This document shows positions 25,569 through 37,404 of a DNA stretch of 64,000 bases, piece by piece (within the stretch, counting starts at the first letter, position 1; each line of letters opens with the position of its first letter). Position numbers and translations under genes: made by a program. A model generated the notes under the pieces. The model ran no database searches and was not told where the DNA came from. It saw only the letters and a program-made list of their open reading frames with translations. The DNA comes from Parasitella parasitica NRRL 2501. Lineage: Eukaryota; Fungi; Mucoromycota. The stretch lies in the NCBI GenBank assembly GCA_025201805.1, contig MU619271.1:165786-229785 (forward strand). Direction: 5' to 3'.

Positions 25569-27269
25569 TACTCAAATGCTCTGTATTATTATTACTTTAC
25601 TGTTTAGAAGGAAAATCAAGAAGAAGAAAAAAAGAAAAGAAAAAAAAACCAAAGCCAAGTAAAGTGAATAAAAGGGAAACAGGGAAAAGGAAGAAGAAGG
25701 GTAAACAAAAAAATCTTTCCATTTTGTTTTAGGTTACTTTTAGATACCATGAATCAAAAACACACATACCCGATTGGCTTACCTGCAGAGTCACCCCACA
25801 AGGATCTTGGTAATTTGAAAGGGGTGTATGTGTGTGTGTGGGGGGGGGGGTGAACATCATTCATGTTGCAATAAAGAAGTCATTGCCAAAAAAAGACAAG
25901 CTGCAACAGATAGTTTATTATACAAAAGTCAGTAATAACAGAGGGGAGGAGATCCTGCAAGGATAGCAAAGATACAACATCCCTCCAGTCATTGTAACAC
26001 ACAACGAAATGACATGAATACTTGGTAATAAAACCACAGAGAGCACAAAAAAGGAACTTTGACTGGAACAATGCGCTTACATCAAGAGCGATGACTACTG
26101 TATATGTGTAAAAGCCTTGACGCAAATCAAGAGGCCAAAAAAGACGCCACGAAACGGGAGGAAGTAACAAATGAGCAATTTTTTAATAGAGGGCGCATAC
26201 GAAAAGTAAGTTCAAGTTGCTGATTGCAAGAAATATAGTAAATCTCCACAATATCATCGGTTTTGGGAATTAGAAAATCGAAATTTATAGCAATAGCAAG
26301 ACGGATGTATCAAACTGATTGTCCACATAGAAATACACTTGAGCCACTGTCTTCTGAATAGTATAACGTGAGTACTTCATGTGAAAGTAATGCCATGAAA
26401 AAGGACGAACAAAAATACATTACTTGCCGTTGTGAAGGGATGTTAATTACCTGTAGATCTACGCTTATTCAACTATGATCGATTCCATTACTTTAAGTAG
26501 TTATTACCAAGATGCTACTTGAAAAATGTATAGAAAAAGGGACATCTTGCAATAAATTCCTCAGAAGTCAGTACTTATCAGCAGCGCCTTTGAACAGCAC
26601 TAAATCTCCAGAAGATTCCTTGTAAATTTTAGATATTTACTTATAACTTCTGCTAGAAGAACAGTAGATCCGCGATATAACTTGGGAAGCTTAGCGTTGA
26701 CTTGGTACTATCTGTCAAACATATTTGTATCCATGTTCTTTCTGATATCTATAAAGTTATCAGCTGACAACACAAATTTACATAGCAAAATAATCGCTGA
26801 CAGGCTCTAACTGGTAATAGATTATCAGCGAGCTCTAATAGTACTACTGCATCATCTTCATGTGATACTGAATGATCTGTAATCTCGCACATATTTTTAA
26901 TATAAAATGGCGAATAAATATTTTTTATGATATTATCCCATACTTTAAATATAATGCGTTGTAGATAGGATTGAGGTCAGCAATGATTTTACCGAGCCAA
27001 CCAAATAGATGGATTAGGCATCTTAAAAAGGTTCAACAGTTATTGTTAATCATCGAGTTTGTGGGAAAAAATGTCTCTTCATCAATTGCGACATTACAAA
27101 AATACATGAAAATACTTTAAAGTGAAAGAAATCTTTACCTTATTTTACTATGAAGTCTTGCTCGAACTTATAAAAAAAACAATGTTTAACACAACTATAT
27201 TATTTCAAGATGCTCAGTAAACCCTCCAGAGCTACAAAAACATATCAAAAGATACGAAAATCAAGTTTG

Positions 27270-27630
27270 CTTGGGTCCGAGATCTTGTCATATTTGCTAA
27301 GATTATCGCTTAAAACCTGTCTATAGTATTATCATTATTAATTTATATATGCTTTGATGCTACTCAAGTTATTTCAGTTCCTCGAGTACTTTTTATTTAC
27401 TCAAAAGAAAGGTGACGAGTATGCGACTTTGATATAGTAAAAGCCTTCGAATCGCTCGATGTGAAGCTGTTTTATTAATTCTAAATTCCATAGGTTTGAC
27501 TGTATCCTTCGGTAAAAATTTCCCATGCATTGCTCAATGTTCATACACACAGTGCAGTGATTCAAATGACATCATAAACATTACTCTTTTGGTTTGGAAA
27601 AAACCCAAAGGATTGTTGATGGAAACAAAG
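27270..27630 (+). mobile_element. Decayed non-LTR reverse transcriptase relic
   Basis: DLVIFAKIIA*NL, DFDIVKAFESLD, ILNSIGL..SF and KGLL appear in RT domain order. Confidence 0.45.
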
Positions 27631-27632
27631 TA

Positions 27633-29444
27633 CAGTGCGGCCGGGAAATATTGTCCGTTTTACAAAAATAAATGGCGATTACAAAAAAATATTTGTCGTT
27701 TACCAGAAAATAAATGGCGCTAACTAGAAAATGATCGGCCGTTTCTCAATTTTTATTGGCCATTTCTCAGATTTACTATGGCCGTTTTACGAATTCACTT
27801 TGTCGGTTTACTAGACTGTTCTGTTCGCTATGTTGTAGAAGCATGGACGTAAGCCAACTAACTCTTAGAATTCTGTTTTATTCAGGCAATTGATGATTTG
27901 GCGCTTCGAGTGTCTACAAAATCCACGGAGATCACTTACGCGTACATCGTTGCATGCATCAGCAATTCTTTGTGATAAGTTCTCTTCGCTTAGCAGCCTA
28001 TGGCGCTTCATCTTTCCTTTTACAATGGCCCAAAACTGCTCAATTGGGTTCAGTTCTGGAGAATAAGGAGGTAGATACATCACTCGATATCCTCTGCTCT
28101 CAATCTTTCTCATCATTGGATGCGACTTATGAATAGTACAATTATCCATAACAAGGTAACTGCCCTTCAGATTTGCATCCATGTCCATAATATCGAGAAG
28201 CTCATTCATGAATTTCACAAAGTGAGCTGTGGTTGTACCTTTGGAAGGCGGCTTGGTTTCTTCTTTCTCAACTTCCACATACTCTATGGTGGGCTCCTCA
28301 ATGACAATCCCTCCTGTCTGCTCTTTGCCCCTCGCAAGCTTTCTTTTCTTTGACTTCTCTGCTTGAATTGTTTGAGGCTTCTGTCCTCTTGGCTTTCTTG
28401 GTGGAGGCTTTTTCATGACAACGTGAAGAACACTAGAAGAATGAATGGCGCCAATGATAGTATGTGAGGGGGAGCGAGTCTTTGCAATATCAACAATGGC
28501 AGGTGTTCCTACTGCTGATCTAGCCCAATTGTTCCTCATGTTGATATTGAATCCAGCCTCATCAATGAAGACGCAGTTTGTGCCGTAATCAAGATCAGAA
28601 TCCTTCCAATTCATGAACCATTCATATCGTTTTTGCAAGTTTTCGGGAGAGTTTCTCGCCTTGGGGTCGAAGGTTGGCTTCTTGATGGATATGAGCATAT
28701 TGTTCCTCAGATGATCATTCATTTGAGACTTCGAGATTTTGAAGTCTTCAAACTTGGATGTCAACATATCAATGATATCGTCAGCACAAAGCTGCGAGTC
28801 TTTTTCAATAACATCCTGGATATACTTCTCATGTTCTCCAGTAAAGGAACTGGGTCTGCCTGCGTTTTTTTCAGATTTCTTGTAGGCTACCTCACCCGTC
28901 TCGTTATAGTGCTTCCACCAACGCATAGCGGTACGAGGGTTTATACCCAGCTCTTTCGCTGTTGCTGTTACCCTTCCTCTTTCCACAGGGCCTTCAAGCA
29001 TTCTTTCAATAAATGTTTCTCTTGTGAGATCATTGTGCTGCTTGTAAGCGCGGTCCGAGACATATTTAGCAACTTTGAAAGGCTTTACAGAAACATCTTT
29101 CATAATGACTTCTTTGTCTTGTGGTTTAAGGGCCAAATATGCTTTCTGGCTGGTAATCGTTTCAAGCACTATGTTGGGATCATTTATATTCGTCAATACA
29201 TCTTCCATTGGATCAATAACCCGCTCTCCACGCTCATCATAGATGTTTTCTTGACCGTCTTCATAATAAAATGTATTTCTACTCATATTGTTTAGTTACA
29301 AAAGTGAAGAAAAGACAGTTACATCATGGCAAACCGACAAAGTGAATTCGTAAAACGGCCATAGTAAATCTGAGAAATGGCCAATAAAAATTGAGAAACG
29401 GCCATTTATTTTTGTAAAACGGACAATATTTCCCGGCCGCACTG
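27633..29444 (-). mobile_element. Intact Tc1/mariner (DD34E) DNA transposon, 1812 bp
   Basis: TA duplication (27631-32, 29445-46). Perfect 44-bp outer TIR CAGTGCGGCCGGGAAATATTGTCCGTTTTACAAAAATAAATGGC, plus an inner ~70-bp inverted block (about 27740-27810 vs 29330-29400). Confidence 0.97.
27865..29286 (-). CDS. Tc1/IS630-family transposase, 473 aa
   Basis: HTH (AKELGINPRTAMRW), FIDEAGF, VMDN-x34-E in LPPYSPELNPIEQFW. ORF is uninterrupted. Confidence 0.96.
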   Translation of the reverse strand: MSRNTFYYEDGQENIYDERGERVIDPMEDVLTNINDPNIVLETITSQKAYLALKPQDKEVIMKDVSVKPFKVAKYVSDRAYKQHNDLTRETFIERMLEGPVERGRVTATAKELGINPRTAMRWWKHYNETGEVAYKKSEKNAGRPSSFTGEHEKYIQDVIEKDSQLCADDIIDMLTSKFEDFKISKSQMNDHLRNNMLISIKKPTFDPKARNSPENLQKRYEWFMNWKDSDLDYGTNCVFIDEAGFNINMRNNWARSAVGTPAIVDIAKTRSPSHTIIGAIHSSSVLHVVMKKPPPRKPRGQKPQTIQAEKSKKRKLARGKEQTGGIVIEEPTIEYVEVEKEETKPPSKGTTTAHFVKFMNELLDIMDMDANLKGSYLVMDNCTIHKSHPMMRKIESRGYRVMYLPPYSPELNPIEQFWAIVKGKMKRHRLLSEENLSQRIADACNDVRVSDLRGFCRHSKRQIINCLNKTEF

Positions 29445-29776
29445 TACATTGCAATGAAACACGACCAATTTCAGAAATATGCCTAATCAAGCGTCCGAAG
29501 GAGCAAGAGGTTTCATGTGTCAAAAACTTCTTGAACACTCTTCTTGGGCGCTCTCTAGGCATTATTGCTACTAATTCAGAAGTATTTGCTCATTTTTGAA
29601 TGTCTATTGATTGAGCACTCGATTAAAGTATGGTCTTTGCTGCTCCACGGAAAACAGGCTATGCCCTCTCTTCATCGATCGCTCGGGTGATACAGCTAGC
29701 TGAGCCCCAAGTGATTAGTATTCTGTGACGTATTTAAGACGTCTATGTTTGCGAAACAAAATCTCTCTTCTTTCTA

Positions 29777-30234
29777 ATGGGATCTTTTTCATCTAAACAA
29801 TTAACTGAAGAAGAGATGGCTAACGTAAAAGAAGTTGTTGATAAGATTATCAAGGATAATAAAGTTGCAGTTTTCTCCAAGTCTTACTGTCGTAAGTGTA
29901 GAATGAAAAGAATAACGTGGTGTTTGGGTATCTGACCTGATTTTCTGTACAGCGTTCTGTAAAAAAGCAAAGGACCTTTTAAAGAAACTTGGTATCGACT
30001 TCTATTCCATTGAGCTTGACTTGGAGTGTAAGTAATTTGTAGTCATTTTATAGATTAGTAAACTGACGGCTTTGATACATAGCTAATGGAGCTGCTATCC
30101 AAGACTATTTACTGGAGAAGACTGGACAAAGAACTGTCCCCAACATCTTTGTCAACGAAGAACACATTGGCGGTTGCGATAAGTTATTCGAAGCTAATGA
30201 ATCAGGCAAACTTCAACAGATCATTAGGGCTTGA
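29777..30234 (+). CDS. Dithiol glutaredoxin (CPFC), 3 exons, 113 aa; not in the ORF track
   Basis: Exons 29777-29891, 29953-30027 and 30083-30234 give MGSFSSK...VFSKSYCPFCKKAK...TGQRTVPNIFV...IGGCD. Confidence 0.93.
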
Positions 30235-30424
30235 AGCAACTGCATAGTTTACTTGATAATAAACATATATTTCGTGTGCTTTATGCGTAGTAGTCGTGCA
30301 GCCTTTTTTTTTTTGCATGTAAATGAAATTAACCGTTTGGTCTGTTTATTTGTCTGCATAAACAACCTGGAATTTTTGGTTTTTTTTTTACCCTTTTCTT
30401 TTTCTTTGTCTCAGAAAAATTAGC

Positions 30425-33400
30425 ATGACAGAACAAGTGCCGTCTCTTGTCTCGTCTCCAACCAACATACTCACTATCCAAGATGTTGTGCTGGATTCTC
30501 CTGTCTGGAGAGCCAACGTATTACATCTGGAAGAGCAAATAGAGCAGTTTGAAAAGTGGATAGATGGATTTACTCGTGCTCTAAAAAACTACATCGAAGC
30601 TATCAACAGTAAGTTGTGATAGAAAAGACACTGGTTGGCATGTAACCAAGCCTAAAAATGATGCGGTAGAACACAACACACAGGCGAGTACACTTTGTAA
30701 ACGAACGTTTTTCAATGGCCTCGATGGTACGTTGATAGGTGGGTATCTCATCCACATGCATTGACGAGCATTTTGTCTAATACATGACCTTATCTCCTTG
30801 TGCTAGATAACAAGATGGCAGGTAATGTGGTTGAAAAGTTTGCTACCACGTTGCAATCAACAATCGCAAACAGAATGAAAATGGTACGTAAAAATGTGCA
30901 CACACCACATAAACAAAGAAAGAAAAAAATCTTCTAACAATGCGCATACGCATCAAAAGGCTTCGGATCTAGAAGATCTATTGCTCAATCCGTTGCAGAA
31001 AATGGCGAAAATCGACCTTAAATCGTACAAAGACAGCCGAAAGCAGTTTGAAAAGACACTCGACAAATACGAAACGCAGTTGAACAGATACAATGTGCTC
31101 AGCAAACAAAAAGAGGCAAGTGCTCTGCGAGAAGACGCTTTCCAAATGTATGAATTACGAAAACAGTACATCAGACACAGCAGCGATCATTTTACCAAGT
31201 TAGTGTCATTCAAAGCCAATTTGGAAATATTGTTGATAGAGTGCTTTTCAGGAGCTCTGAGTTCTCAGATTGAAGAGATTGACGAATCAGCCTACAGTTG
31301 TTCATCGGCTCGATCAAAATTAGTTGGATGGAAGCAATGGCTGGACGAGAGTAAAATGACGAGCGAATATCAAATGAACAAAGTCAAAAAACGATGTACA
31401 GAGCTGCAAGAGCTATACATTACTCAAATCAAACCTCATCGATCGCTGAAATGCTATTCCACAACTGGGAGTGATTCATCGCAGGCAGTCTCATCCAATG
31501 CCATGGAAAACGCCCAAGAAGAAACAATCCCAGCTACAGTAGCACGAGAACTGAATCCAAGCTCAATTGGCGTTGTAGCGAAACCGTCCAAAGGCAAGCA
31601 AGGGTACCTCAATAGCCGTATCATGGTTGGGAAGGGCCGCCCCCCTTGGGTACGAAGATGGTTTTTTCTACAAGAGGGGTGGTTTGGTACTTGCACCGTG
31701 TCCACGGTCAACAAGGAAAAGGGATGTATAGTCCTAGGAGACCGTATTCGCATTTCAGAATGTATATACCGCATTTGCACGGATATGGATAGGCGGTATT
31801 GTTTCGAGCTGACACATCCTAGGTACAACTTTTTCCTGCAAGCCGAGACTGAAGAAGAGATGCAACAGTGGCTACGGTCCATAGAATACAACATGCAAGA
31901 ACATGAAACAAACTCCCTGCCAACATCACCACAACTTGTGCTCAGTCCAAAGGCTCTCGTAACAGATCGATTTCGTTCAGCAGTAGCTGAAGATTCCCCC
32001 CGTCTAGTTGCGATATCAACGTCTCCGTTGGCTAGTCCCGATGGATCTCAACAAAAGAGTTTGACTCCCATATTGTCGACAACGACATCTTCGCTCACAA
32101 CATTGATGATCCGCGAGGGATCCAATCTGAGCGGCCCTTCTGACTCCTATGTGACAGATCCACGGAATCATGACTCCATGTCTATCAGCAAAAGTACTGG
32201 TAGCAGTAGTAGCGGTAACGCTGGCCAATTTACATCGTGGAACATGCCTTGGCTTACTACAGGCATCAATGCGTTTTCAAACTCAGAGGAAGATTTACAG
32301 CAAGCTTTGGCAGATGGCAATGACCCAACACAGATCGTTGTGTGGCCCAACAAGCTGGAAATGGATGTACCCCAGCCTCAAATATCGCATTATTCGCAAA
32401 AATTGGAAACAGCACAAAGAGAGCTTCGTAAACTATTCTACAATGTCCCCAAGGATGAAATCGTTGTTGAAAGTAGGTATAAACTCATGCGCTTTCAAGC
32501 TGCAATACTTACTTGTATACATTGTCCAGCTTTCGCAGCCTCGCTGTATCGCTCAGCAGATGACCAATGCGATGGTATGAATAAGTCAGTTTCTTATGGA
32601 TACAGCGGTTCGGCCTACATAACCCAAAAGAACTTTTGGTTTTACAGCTGTACATTGATGACTTGCGTGAATATGGTAAAAAGCATAGTCCTCCTCTTTT
32701 ATATTTATATGTATACATATGATGTGCAGATTATTTACTTTGAGCTTAGATTGTTATACCCTTACAAAGAATCAGCTCGATCAGCGTTGAAAACACAGCA
32801 CATTCTAGTGGAATGCTGATGCTGATAGAAGCCAATGTAATCAAGCAAAAACAAACAATCCGCTTTGGGCTGTGGTTAGAAAACGCCGAGGTAATTAGTG
32901 AAAAACTAAAGCATGCTGTGAGCAATGCGACGTCGCTTGATGAGAACAATCAGCAGCTCTACGACACAATCCGCAGTATAACAAGCACCAAACTGCACAA
33001 GAACAGTACACCAGCAAGTCATGTCACAACATCCAGCGCACTGTATGCATCTGTAACTCCGTTAACAGTGCAGGCACAGCCTGTCATGATGCATCCCAAC
33101 GCTTCATCAACAACCAATGATACTACCGAGGACGCTGTAAACGATATCAGCTGTAGCAACCAGGACAACGCTACGTTACAGCAACACAAGTCGTCGGATG
33201 AAGAGACGTCTCAGGCAACGCTGCCTTCTGCTCACCATCGCGGCTCCCCTGCCCAAGGTGCGCTGGCAGCTGTGGCAGCCAGAAATCAAAAGAATCAGCC
33301 GACACACAAATCAAGCACGCCCACCAGAGCATCTACTCCTCAAACACAGTCCAATGAAGATTGGCCTTCACATCTGCAAAAGCCAAGTGGAAAAGTAAAT

Positions 33401-34504
33401 TGCAACTGCACAGATCATTTGGACAAAGTAGAAGCTGATCTCGTACTTCCTGTCAATTCCAAGCAATTGTTTGACTATATGTTCAAGGAAGGCAATGTGT
33501 GGGCAAAACTCAACGAAGCCAAAAACTATGGACCGCCTAGTGTTTCTGAATGGCAAGACAATAAGCGTACGTTGCAATACTCTATGCCTGTTTCTAATCC
33601 GATGGTCAAAGCTAAAGAAACAGATGTCTATGAAACACAAGAAATCGTACAGCAAAAAGACTACACTTGTTATGTTGTCATGGTTACCACCAAAACTCCA
33701 AATTTACCCTACGCAGATGCCTTTGTCCCAACGATTAAATACTGTATCACCTTTGAAACGCCAACAAGTTGTCGCTTGGTGTGTTCTCTTGGAGTCCAAT
33801 GGCTGAAGAGCATATTTGTCAAAACCATGGTGAATCGTGCAGCAACAAAAGGCATGCAGGAAACTGTATCCGGGATTATACCGATTCTCAAGCACGAATT
33901 TGACAGCAGCAAACGACCCTCACAGCAGCCCCCGTTGCCACCTTCGTCATCACTGCCAGCAACAGCGATGCCACCACCACTGCCAGCAAATCGATTGAAA
34001 CCACCACCGTCCATTGGTGCTCATGATCAAAAGGATCGAGTGCATTTTATCAGCATGACATCGTTTGTACTGGCCATTGTTTGTATTTTGTTTACTAGCT
34101 ATCAGTTCTGGATTCAAAGACGATATCAGCATCTTCTTGACAATAGTAACCAAATGAAAGTCGTGTGGAGAGGAGTCTATCTGAAGGATATGCAAAAAGA
34201 AGCTGAAAAACAGGTGATATTGAGCCAAGTGAATGAAACAATTTTCGACCATTTTCAAGCAACAAGGCAGGGAATTACCCAGTACAATTACCATTGGACC
34301 AGCAGGCAACACCGGCTTATGGCAGCTGAATTGGGCTATTCTAGAGAAAGACTGGGTGCAATACGTTATGAATTGCTGTCGACATTTCGCATGCTCAATA
34401 GGGTGGAATACCAATTATTGGAGACCGAGTATTGGAACTGGATATCTGATAAACAATTGGATTGCACAGAGGATTGTGAAGCTCTTTTAAAGGAGATTTC
34501 GTGA
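30425..34504 (+). CDS. Sip3/Ysp1 (Lam)-like BAR-PH-(GRAM)-VASt sterol-transfer membrane protein, multi-exon
   Basis: LDSPVWRA (BAR start), KEASALREDAFQMYELRKQY, PH domain (KQGYL..WVRRWFFL..RRYCFEL..LQAETEEEMQQW), VASt (TKTPNLPYADAF) and a C-terminal TM segment. Confidence 0.85.
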
Positions 34505-34599
34505 CGCGGTGGAGGGGCCATAACGCTTCCATATTAATCAGTTGCTACATGACAATAAAAAAAAAAAAAAGTTTTTTCTTTTCATACAATACCCTAACC

Positions 34600-36028
34600 A
34601 TGGCAACAGCAAAGTCTCGACCTGCTGGCTTCTCCTTTCAAGAACCTTTTTCTTTGATAGAAAACCTTGAAAGCTCAGTAAAGAGTTTAAACAACGTGAA
34701 TCAAACAGTGAGTTTTTTTTTTCATCATTGATGAGTTGATTTCTAATGCAAAAAAAAAAAAAAAAATCACACACACACACTCACAGTTGAAATCAACGAT
34801 TGAGTCTTTGAATCAAGAAACGAGAGAATTTGGGCGTCAAAGCCAATTGACAACATACAACCGAGTAGGAGGAAGATTTTTTTTTTTTGTTGTTTTTTGC
34901 AGCAATATTCATGCCTTTTTTTTTTTCTGCCACTATTTTAGCATTATGAAATTGTCACTGAAAGCGATATCAGACATGCACAACACGAATTTTCCAAAGA
35001 GCTAAGGCCGGAATTGGACTTCTTGTTAGAAGAGGCAGAGTTATTACTAAACGCGCTTGCATCAGAAGAAAAGAGATTGACGATCAACTTGGAGAAACAA
35101 GAGAAAAGTATACGAGATTCTCAGCTAGCAGCCAACAAAACTCGCAAAAAGACGACATCTCGGCAGGCTGAAAAGAAAGTAAAGGAGCCCTTTCCACATC
35201 GCTCCATTCAAAAGTTAAAGCAATTGCAAGATCGGCAAAATAGATTGATTCATCTGCATGAACTGGAAGACGAAAGTTTGGCTCAGGAGACAAAGGAATT
35301 GGTAGACTTGCAGAATATTAATTTAGCAACAGAGAAGCAGATGGAAACAGCAGACCTTGCCTCAGTTCAAAATGCCTTGGATGGAGAGAAAAACGAAAAC
35401 GAATTGAAGCAAGAGATTGAAAATTTGGAAAAGTTGACATTGATAAAAAAGCAGTTTTTGGATCAACATGAGAACCAACATGTCCAGCAAACAAAGCCCG
35501 TTGAGGCCATACATGAGGAAGAGGCGCACCAACTCTCGCCCGCTGAATCCATATCGCTGTACACAAGCCATCTAGGGCTGATACAAAATGTACTCGATGA
35601 AATAAACCAACCTAATTTCGTTGCCTCTGTAACTGCAGTGGCTAACTGTGAGACGCAATCCAAGCGATACTATCAAGCATTACAGAATGAAATTGCGACA
35701 CAACCCTACACCCAGAGAAATCAATCTAAATGGATCAGCCTTCTTGGACGTCTGTGTCAAGTTGTGATGCAAGATGGGATGATCGGTAAAACAGCAGGCA
35801 GAGTGCTGGAGCTTTTGCTGTCGAGCGCAGATACACGGATACCCATTAGCACTCTGCAGGAGGTAAATAATGTCGTGTGTTTAACGGTGCCAGCTTATAA
35901 CGTCATTCTCTTGTTAGGAATTCCCATCCACTAGTGAGAATAGACATAATCTAGCAAAGACCACCCTCTGTCTTTTAGCTGCCAATATCATTGAAATCAA
36001 TGAAACTGATGTTATTTTATTAAATTAA
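34600..36028 (+). CDS. SPC19: DASH/Dam1 complex subunit Spc19 with long C-terminal extension, 4 exons, about 405 aa
   Basis: Exons 34600-34707, 34787-34864, 34942-35862 and 35918-36028 splice in frame. LESSVKSL...LKSTIESL..ETREFGR...R|HYEIVTESDIRHAQ..FSKELRPELDFLLEEAE matches the Spc19 pattern. Confidence 0.78.
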
Positions 36029-36759
36029 ACGTCCTGTTCCGTTTCATAAGCAACTATCTCTTGCAATTGTTCCAGCAAATTCGAATGATTCTTGAATGCA
36101 TGATGTATCTCTGATAACCACATTTCATCAGACAAATTAGAATTACCAAGCGCATTCAAGAATGATGAGTAATCTTGCTCGTTTTGCAACGTTGTTTTGC
36201 AGTTTATGTGGAATTGAGGGTAGTTTTCCTCGGACAATCTGTCTAATTTCTGCCTAATAAGAGTCAAATCTACACTAGAAAATGCTGGTTCATCGTCATC
36301 TGTCTCTTGAGAATATTCTGGAATGAAGCCGACTAAATCTTTGAATTGCTCTAGTATCGAAGGCGCATTTTGCAGTGCTCTGGAGATCCGCTTCAACCAG
36401 TCTGAATCAGACATATCCCTTCTTTCGCAGTATAGAGTATTTTCAAATCTAGACCATTTTGTATCCAAATGGTTCGCCATTTTCGAGAAAAATGGCTCAT
36501 TAATGCGCACAAGGTCCCTCATTTCTGAACTGCGGTCAACAAGAGCAACAAGCATAGTGTCTGGCACCGATTGGGCATTTATATCAATTATAGGCGAAGT
36601 CATGCAGGGTGAAAGTAGCTCTTGCTCCCTTTCCTTGTCTTGCTGATGTTCTGGTGGCAAATCAAATGAAACAGAACTCTTGCGACGTGTGGTAGAAATA
36701 ATAGATGGTGTAAGTTGTTTGGTCATTGGATTAGATGGATAGACGACAACTGTGTTCAT
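36025..36759 (-). CDS. Hypothetical protein with two internal helical (PAH-like) repeats
   Basis: 244-aa intronless ORF with repeats WSRFENTL...SDSDWLKRISRALQNAPSILEQFKDLVGF and YSSFLNAL...SDEMWLSEIHHAFKNHSNLLEQLQEIVAY. Confidence 0.75.
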   Translation of the reverse strand: MNTVVVYPSNPMTKQLTPSIISTTRRKSSVSFDLPPEHQQDKEREQELLSPCMTSPIIDINAQSVPDTMLVALVDRSSEMRDLVRINEPFFSKMANHLDTKWSRFENTLYCERRDMSDSDWLKRISRALQNAPSILEQFKDLVGFIPEYSQETDDDEPAFSSVDLTLIRQKLDRLSEENYPQFHINCKTTLQNEQDYSSFLNALGNSNLSDEMWLSEIHHAFKNHSNLLEQLQEIVAYETEQDV

Positions 36760-37404
36760 ATAAAATAAAATAAATAAAAATTGAAATAATAAAAAAACGA
36801 AAAAAAAATAGAAAGAGATAAAAAAAAAAAAATTAATTTAAATTGAATTAATGAGTTGTTTTATGTGTGATGAATTAAGGTTTGTTACTTTTCCGTGAGC
36901 AAAGTTTTCCAGGAATATCAAACATTATCTCATGATTTTGTATATAGAAAACCCTATTCTCATATCGCCAGTCTCTCTATATAGTAATCAGCTCTAACTA
37001 GTATTAGATTATTTTGGCAGAGGCCCCATTAAATGTTTTTAAATTTTACACCATGTGATGTAACAACGAGAAACCATCTCTTTCCTTTTTTTTGCTGCAT
37101 TATTGTACCACATTTCCACTTGATTTAGTTAAGCGGTTGGGACTTTGATGCTGTAAAATGTTTCTCTTTCTTAAACGCATAAAAAGGAGTCATGGTTTAA
37201 ATCCAATGCACCCTAATCAAAATTGAAGGGAGATGAATGGATGTACAAGAAATTTTTAGACACAACATAGTATATTAAAGGAAACATACGATGAAAATGC
37301 ATGAACCACACTGCCTTGTCATGAACAATAACGATTAAAAAGGGGGGGTGGTGGTTTCATTGATAATGTCATTATGATTGATTAAAAGAAAAACGTGTTA
37401 ATAT

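Noticed and set aside
27633-27830. Regularly spaced repeats as a CRISPR-like array
   Set aside because: Degenerate tandem units without unique spacers, explained by the transposon end; eukaryotic context.
28633-29295. 220-aa antisense ORF inside the transposon
   Set aside because: Shadow of the transposase with a non-ATG start and no motifs.
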